Assembly (NCBI GenBank): GCA_038845265.1
Contig: JAWBQR010000006.1
Span: forward strand, 71,400-95,399
Direction: 5' to 3'
From: Nitrososphaerota archaeon
GTDB taxonomy: Archaea > Thermoproteota > Nitrososphaeria_A > Caldarchaeales > Calditenuaceae
DNA: 24,000 bases
In this document: one piece after another, positions 19,316-24,000 of the stretch
Numbering within the stretch: position 1 is the stretch's first letter
Layout of the letters: every line of letters starts with the position of its first letter
Notes under the pieces: generated by a model
The model's database searches: none
What the model saw: the letters and a program-made list of their open reading frames with translations, nothing else
Told to the model about the DNA's origin: nothing
Program-made: the position numbers and the translations under genes

Positions 19316-20673
19316 GATTTATCACCTTTTATGGTAATTATCTTTTCAATCATATGCCTCTTTGCAATTGTAGAGGCCTTTATCGCGGCTGAACTAGCCA
19401 TCGTTACAGAGTCTGGAATGTCCCTTGCTTCAGCTGCGCCCCCAATGACAAAAATTCCCTCCATAGAAGTTGAGACAGTGTCAAGATAGGGATCCATAAG
19501 CTGTATAAATCCTCCTTTATCTGTCTTCAGTGGTATGGAAGAAATTTTATTAGGCCTAACTGCAACTGATAGAACCACCATATCAAATTCTTCTTTCTTC
19601 ATGTAGCTATGCAGGGTATCCTCATAGAATAATATTAAATTCTTATTGTGCGGGTTCTCAATGATCTTGACTACTTTACCTCTGACATATTTTACTCCAT
19701 ACTCCGTCATGGCTCTTTTGAAGAATTCATAGAATCCCTTACCAAATGCCCTCATATCCATAAAATAAATCGTAGTATCCACGTCTGGAATGTGTTCTTT
19801 TGCTAGAATCGCTTGCTTCGTAGCGGCCATGCAGCAAAACGCAGAACAGTAATGATTGAATCTTATATCTCTTGAACCAACGCATTGAATCCAAGCTATC
19901 TTTTTTGGATGCTTTCCATCTGACCTTCTAATTAACTCTCCATTTGTTGGTCCTGTTGATGATACTAATCTCTCAAACTCTAGATGAGTGTAAACATTCT
20001 GATATTTACCGTAACCATACTCAGGAATGTTACGTGCATCATATAGGTCTAGACCAGTAGCGACTATTATCGCTGCGACATTAATCTCAATGATTTCTGA
20101 CTGTTGATTATAGTCAATAGCCTTTGTTGGGCAAACCTTCTCACATGCACCACATAACGGCTTTCCTTTTGCTTTTTCTTTAAGGTCAGGAGGTGGGTTT
20201 AGTCTCAGACATTGTGTAGGATCAATCAGTGCTTTTCGCGGGACTGCCTGAGGATATTCAATGTATATTGCCTTTCTTTGGCTGAGATTTGCGTTATACA
20301 GATCTGAGACTTTAACCGGGCATCGCTCGATACATGTCCCGCATCCTGTACATTTATTCCAATCAACATATCTTGGCTTCTTTAAAATCCTAACTGTAAA
20401 ATCCCCTATCTTTCCTTTTACTTCCTGCACCTCTGAATACGTCAGAAGCTTTACATTACTATATCTCAGAAGCGCTGCCATCTTTGGAGTCAATATGCAT
20501 GACGCACAGTCAAGTGTTGGAAACGTCTTGTCAAGTTGTGCCATCTTTCCACCAATACTCGGATTCTTTTCTACTAGATAGACTTCAACTCCGTGTTCGG
20601 CGAGGTCAAGACTGGCCTGAATTCCCGCAATACCGCCACCTATTACGAGTACTGGTTTACTCAAGTATCTCAC
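19312..20673 (-). CDS. Short HdrA-family flavoprotein (QmoA-like)
   Basis: The protein starts directly with the FAD fold (VLVIGGGIAGIQASLDLA) and GGKMAQLDKTFPTLDCASCILTPKM. It has an inserted ferredoxin (CTGCGTCIERCP, CGACEKVCP) and CVGSRD...YCSAFCC. It lacks the N-terminal Cys domain and the C-terminal ferredoxin of the 646 aa paralogue. The start is GTG. Confidence 0.8.
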   Translation of the reverse strand: MRYLSKPVLVIGGGIAGIQASLDLAEHGVEVYLVEKNPSIGGKMAQLDKTFPTLDCASCILTPKMAALLRYSNVKLLTYSEVQEVKGKIGDFTVRILKKPRYVDWNKCTGCGTCIERCPVKVSDLYNANLSQRKAIYIEYPQAVPRKALIDPTQCLRLNPPPDLKEKAKGKPLCGACEKVCPTKAIDYNQQSEIIEINVAAIIVATGLDLYDARNIPEYGYGKYQNVYTHLEFERLVSSTGPTNGELIRRSDGKHPKKIAWIQCVGSRDIRFNHYCSAFCCMAATKQAILAKEHIPDVDTTIYFMDMRAFGKGFYEFFKRAMTEYGVKYVRGKVVKIIENPHNKNLILFYEDTLHSYMKKEEFDMVVLSVAVRPNKISSIPLKTDKGGFIQLMDPYLDTVSTSMEGIFVIGGAAEARDIPDSVTMASSAAIKASTIAKRHMIEKIITIKGDKS

Positions 20674-21787
20674 CTCTTATGAACCCTTTTCTCGCGCTTA
20701 CGTAATTAGCGATTGACTTGTATAACCAGTGGTTATGTTTGCCGAACGGTACCTCGAGTAAAAGGAAGGGAAAGACGACACCAATATGTAAGACATAAAT
20801 TACATAAGACATGAAATAAACATTTAGATCGTTAAAGATATTCATGAGTAGGCCTGTTAAGCCTATTACGAAGACATACCCTAAACTAATCCAATCAGTG
20901 GAGTGTCTAAACATCTTATAATACCAATGAATCTTTGGAGAATTACTAAGACGCTTAACAAATGGTAAGCCTGCACCGACTACGAGTAGCAGAGCAGCTA
21001 CGTATCTACTCGCCATAATCACGTATGCGAATGGATAGATAGAGTAAATTGCGGGATAGATCAAGTAGATAAGGACTAGCAATATGTATAGAATTATCCC
21101 TGCTAGTATGAACATATGTTCAAGAATCCTTATTCTTTTATCGGAAATTTTTAATGCGTCATTCTCACTCTTTATCCAAAATCTTAATACTCTCTTAAAT
21201 GATTCGAAGAAACTGATGACATAATCTTTGCCGCCACCCACAAATTTGTACATTCTATATCCATTGCTTGCTAATAATCCAAGGCTAAGCACTGTTAAAA
21301 GTATTCCTATTGGTAGTATTTCAGGCAAGTTTACAAAAACGTTTTTTGATAAATAATTCATTATTGAGGAATAGAATATCGATAATAATCCAACGATAGA
21401 GATCATTGATAGAATAAAAGTGACCAAGAGTTTTTTCTTTAATGAGGAGAAGTACCACCACTTTGATATTCCTGTCCAGTCGTAAAGCGTGCTTTGGTAT
21501 CTTCTTAATGATGCTAGTATCTCACATGGATTAGCATCTCGTGGACATGCTTCAATACAGTCTCCGTGAACATTACACAGCCAAGGCACTAGGTCTTTCT
21601 GAAGCTTATCCACAAATCCCAGTTGCGCATACTTAATTACTCTTCTAAAACTAATAAACATGCCTTCAGCTATAGCACAGGTTGCAGTGCAGGAACCACA
21701 TTGATAGCATTTGAAGATGCCTTTGCCTCCTAGTTCTATTATTTCCTTGTTGATATCTTTAAAAGATATATAAGGAGTTGCCTTCAT
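20657..21787 (-). CDS. QmoC-like membrane protein 2: HdrC-like FeS domain fused to a NarI/HdrE-like cytochrome-b domain
   Basis: The N-terminus has CYQCGSCTATC and a variant CNVHGDCIEACP motif, followed by about 6 hydrophobic helices. The conserved His residues (EHMF, RHSTDW, LHIG) and the terminal VPFGKHNH resemble the PF(S/T)(K/R)LxH end of NarI-family di-heme proteins. The 376 aa length is similar to QmoC. Confidence 0.7.
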   Translation of the reverse strand: MKATPYISFKDINKEIIELGGKGIFKCYQCGSCTATCAIAEGMFISFRRVIKYAQLGFVDKLQKDLVPWLCNVHGDCIEACPRDANPCEILASLRRYQSTLYDWTGISKWWYFSSLKKKLLVTFILSMISIVGLLSIFYSSIMNYLSKNVFVNLPEILPIGILLTVLSLGLLASNGYRMYKFVGGGKDYVISFFESFKRVLRFWIKSENDALKISDKRIRILEHMFILAGIILYILLVLIYLIYPAIYSIYPFAYVIMASRYVAALLLVVGAGLPFVKRLSNSPKIHWYYKMFRHSTDWISLGYVFVIGLTGLLMNIFNDLNVYFMSYVIYVLHIGVVFPFLLLEVPFGKHNHWLYKSIANYVSARKGFIRGEILE

Positions 21788-22950
21788 ATTTTTGTCACTT
21801 CAGTTATTTTGGATTGACGAATTTCGTTAATTTTAGAGAAATATAAAGCGATGGGGCGGTAGGCAATATGTGCCCACTTCGTGAACGGTACACCTAATAT
21901 GAGAAATGGCACAACGACCATTAGATGGAGTGAGAAAACTACGTATGTACCTATTGGCCATCCAATACTTCTAAATATGCCTGTTAACAATCCTGTAATG
22001 GATATCAGTACTAATAGAATGATGAACATCCAATCAGTTGGATGTGAATATTTCCAGAGTGGTTTATTCTTTTTAATGCGCCCGCTAATTACTGTAAGTC
22101 CTCCATAGGCAATTGTAAAGACCGAAAATAGTCCAATTATGCTAAGGGGTGAAACGAATAAAAATGGATCATTTGTATGCGTAAACACCAAAAGCAGTTC
22201 GAACAGTACTAGAGAGGCTACATAGCCATAAAATATTAATAAATGAACTAACCAGTATTTTCTATCATTGCAATAGCTGAATAGCTTCTGTGTAAGGAAA
22301 TTAGGAATAAGCGTCTTAAAGAATTCTCTAACATAAATCAACAAAGGCAGTTTTACTTTAAGGTTTGAAGTTAGTCGATACATCCGGTAAATATTTATGA
22401 GAAGTATTGATGCGAGAACCGCAAAAATGAGCCGTCCAGCATTTTCCACGATTTCTATTGGAGCAAAGACAGCTAAAGCCACCTGATCTAGTATTATCGG
22501 TCCATGAAACAGGTAAATAATAATGCCTGTTAAAATTGATAATGATAAGATTGCAAAGAGCAATATCTTATTGTTAAGATATAGTAGTTTTGAGATTCCG
22601 GTCCAGTCATAAACCATGGTTAGATATCTTCTAAGCGTCATCATAAGCTCGCTTGGATTTGCATCACGTGGACAAGAATTACTGCACTCTCCGCAGGCAT
22701 AACATAACCATGGTGTCAGGTCGCTTGATATTTTTTTATCTAGTCCAAGCTGAGCATATTTAATCGATCTTCTAAAACTAATTAAGTAATCCTCAGATAT
22801 TGGACAAATCGCAGTACATGACCCGCATTGATAGCACTTCATAATTCCATCGCCGCCTAATCTAATTATTACGTCGGTAATCTTTTCTTCTTTTTGAATC
22901 GGCATTAATAGTGTTGCCACAGGCTGCCTTATTCCCATGCTACTATTCAA
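21784..22950 (-). CDS. QmoC-like membrane protein 1: HdrC-like FeS domain fused to a NarI/HdrE-like cytochrome-b domain
   Basis: The N-terminus has CYQCGSCTAICP and CYACGECSNSCP motifs, followed by about 6 hydrophobic helices. The His residues (VHLL, SHPTDW, LHLM) and VPFTKWAH match the NarI-family pattern. It is a paralogue of the downstream gene, with a 4-nt overlap. The start is TTG 22950 or ATG 22938. Confidence 0.7.
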   Translation of the reverse strand: MNSSMGIRQPVATLLMPIQKEEKITDVIIRLGGDGIMKCYQCGSCTAICPISEDYLISFRRSIKYAQLGLDKKISSDLTPWLCYACGECSNSCPRDANPSELMMTLRRYLTMVYDWTGISKLLYLNNKILLFAILSLSILTGIIIYLFHGPIILDQVALAVFAPIEIVENAGRLIFAVLASILLINIYRMYRLTSNLKVKLPLLIYVREFFKTLIPNFLTQKLFSYCNDRKYWLVHLLIFYGYVASLVLFELLLVFTHTNDPFLFVSPLSIIGLFSVFTIAYGGLTVISGRIKKNKPLWKYSHPTDWMFIILLVLISITGLLTGIFRSIGWPIGTYVVFSLHLMVVVPFLILGVPFTKWAHIAYRPIALYFSKINEIRQSKITEVTKI

Positions 22951-23078
22951 TATTTAAATTATGACTATATATAGATGTGTTTAATTGGACTTACTGCATT
23001 AAGTTAAATATATCTGTATCTATTTGAAATTAATTGTAGGTAAGACATACATTTTAGTTAGAATTGTGACGTAAATTT
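22951..23078. promoter_or_regulatory. Divergent AT-rich promoter region between the hydrogenase/qmo-like/hyp cluster (-) and hypA (+)
   Basis: This 128 bp intergenic spacer is the only sizeable non-coding gap next to the cluster. It contains TATA-like elements (TTTAAATA on the minus strand at about 22952-22959, TATATATA at about 22966-22973, and AAATATAT near 23005). The assignment of boxes to genes is not resolved. Confidence 0.4.
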
Positions 23079-23081
23079 TTG

Positions 23082-23489
23082 ATGCATGAATTCACCGTAG
23101 CAATGGGGATTGTAGATTCATTAAAAGAATTATATTTAAACAAGGGTTTCAAGATTAATAGTTTCAAGATAGTTATCGGTGAATTATCGATGTTTAATCC
23201 AAGCATAATTAATGATCTTGTTAGAGAATTAATTAAGGAAACAGAATTAGAAAACACTAAATTTAAAGTAATTATTGAGGAAGCAAAAATCAAATGTGAA
23301 TCATGCAATGAAACTCACAGCTTTAATGAACTCTCAAAACAGTTAAGTGAGGAAGAAAAAGAGATGATTCATTTTATTCCTGAATTAATTTCATCATATA
23401 TGAAGTGTCCATCATGTAGTAGTAGAGATCTAAAGATTATGAGTGGGAGGGGAGTAAAGGTGATTGACATTGCGTTGCAAAAACGATAA
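23082..23489 (+). CDS. hypA: Hydrogenase nickel-insertion protein HypA
   Basis: The N-terminal MHE nickel-binding motif requires the ATG at 23082; the track start at 23079 is an upstream TTG. The zinc site is CESC...CPSC. The ~135 aa length is typical. Confidence 0.9.
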   Translation: MHEFTVAMGIVDSLKELYLNKGFKINSFKIVIGELSMFNPSIINDLVRELIKETELENTKFKVIIEEAKIKCESCNETHSFNELSKQLSEEEKEMIHFIPELISSYMKCPSCSSRDLKIMSGRGVKVIDIALQKR

Positions 23490-24000
23490 GGAAATAATAG
23501 ATTATAGAGAATCCCTAATAAGAAAAAGGCTTAGCAAGATATCGTCTTCAATTTTTATCGGTAGTGGTAAGGGTGGAGTCGGTAAAAGCCTAATAGCAGC
23601 GACGATGGGATTAATACTAAGCTCTGAGGGTTTCAAAACTGGACTTTTAGACCTAGATATGCACGGCCCTTCATCATCTGCAATTCTTAATATTAATGAG
23701 CTACCACGCGAAGAAAAAGAAGGGTTAAAGCCACCAACAATATGTGGATTAAAGGTCATGTCTGTAGGCTTGTTTGTAAAGGATTCGCCATTACCATTAG
23801 GCGGCCAAGCAAAAAGAGAAATCTTAAAAGAATTACTAGCGATTACAGACTTCGCCACTCTTGACTATTTAATAGTAGATCTTCCCCCTGGAACAGGTGA
23901 TGAGTCATTGGCAGCAATCAATTTTATTACTAATAATAGAGGAGTAATTCTAGTCTCTACACCCTCACTATTGTCACTCGAGGTCGTGAGACGAACTGCT
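23465..24000 (+). CDS. Mrp/MinD (ApbC/Nbp35)-family P-loop ATPase, likely the archaeal HypB-type Ni-insertion partner; 3'-partial
   Basis: This ORF is not in the supplied track. I translated the frame by hand and it is open from 23465 to the window end: ...RLSKISSSIFIGSGKGGVGKSLIAATMGLIL...DLDMHGPS...LDYLIVDLPPGTGDESL.... It carries the deviant Walker A GKGGVGKS and Walker B DLPPGTGD. The only candidate starts are TTG 23465 and TTG 23471, both overlapping the end of hypA. Confidence 0.8.

Noticed and set aside
14505-22950. I considered reading the locus as the classical methanogen MvhAGD-HdrABC heterodisulfide reductase complex.
   Set aside because: No HdrB or HdrC/CCG-domain ORF is present. 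Two membrane FeS/cytochrome-b fusion proteins occupy that place, and no methanogenesis marker is in the window. The HdrA-family assignment stays; the heterodisulfide-reductase function is not supported.
17375-22950. I considered reading the locus as the QmoABC of dissimilatory sulfate reduction (electron donor to APS reductase).
   Set aside because: No aprAB, sat or dsr genes occur in the window, and the module is fused into an operon with a hydrogenase instead. A sulfate-reduction role cannot be claimed from this sequence, and the rest of the genome is unseen.
23079-23081. The track gives a TTG start for hypA (MMHEF...).
   Set aside because: HypA needs a free N-terminal Met-His-Glu for Ni binding. 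The ATG at 23082 gives exactly MHE.
23502-23858. A minus-strand 118 aa ORF is listed in the track downstream of hypA.
   Set aside because: The opposite strand encodes an unmistakable Mrp/MinD P-loop ATPase (GKGGVGKS, DLPPGTGD). The minus-strand product has no motifs and is the shadow of that gene.
1-24000. I looked for CRISPR arrays, tRNA/rRNA genes, IS elements or integrases, and long direct or inverted repeats.
   Set aside because: Non-coding gaps are all 128 bp or shorter and showed no repeat-spacer periodicity or cloverleaf-like segments on reading. No transposase- or integrase-like ORF is present. The only repeated sequence blocks I noticed are the paralogous qmoC-like genes. A computational repeat or tRNA scan was not possible here.

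Overview
This is a densely coding, visibly AT-rich window with archaeal gene content: archaeal-type DtdA, a Tes/GDGT-MAS-like radical SAM enzyme, Thr-rich-linker substrate-binding proteins, many TTG/GTG starts and TATA-like boxes about 25-30 nt upstream of start codons. I saw no rRNA, tRNA, CRISPR array or mobile element.

Layout:
(1) 2-2389 (+): a translationally coupled ZnuABC/TroA-type metal ABC importer. Its first gene is probably cut by the window edge.
(2) 2386-4204 (-): a stand-alone tandem RAM (Lrp/AsnC ligand-binding) domain protein, a small Cys-rich HTH regulator, and D-aminoacyl-tRNA deacylase DtdA.
(3) 4275-5873 (+): a large radical SAM protein of the tetraether lipid synthase type.
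(4) 5905-8510 (-): an amidohydrolase/deaminase coupled by an ATGA overlap to an orphan BMP-family (nucleoside-type) binding protein.
(5) 8612-22950 (-): a roughly 14.3 kb, 12-gene, tightly overlapping cluster. In transcription order it encodes two QmoC-like membrane FeS/cytochrome-b fusion proteins, a QmoA-like and a full-length HdrA/QmoB-like flavoprotein, MvhD, MvhG-like and MvhA-like [NiFe]-hydrogenase subunits, the maturation endopeptidase, HypD, a HypC-thioesterase fusion, HypE and HypF.
(6) 23082-24000 (+), divergent: HypA, then an Mrp/MinD-type P-loop ATPase (archaeal HypB substitute). The ATPase gene runs off the window and is missing from the supplied ORF track.

The most interesting signal is the cytoplasmic Mvh-type hydrogenase joined to a Qmo-like membrane module. 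There is no HdrB/HdrC CCG-domain protein and no apr/sat/dsr gene in the window. This suggests a quinone-coupled, possibly flavin-based bifurcating or confurcating hydrogenase. The HypC-thioesterase fusion is a second unusual feature. All calls come from reading motifs in the translated ORFs; no database search was run.
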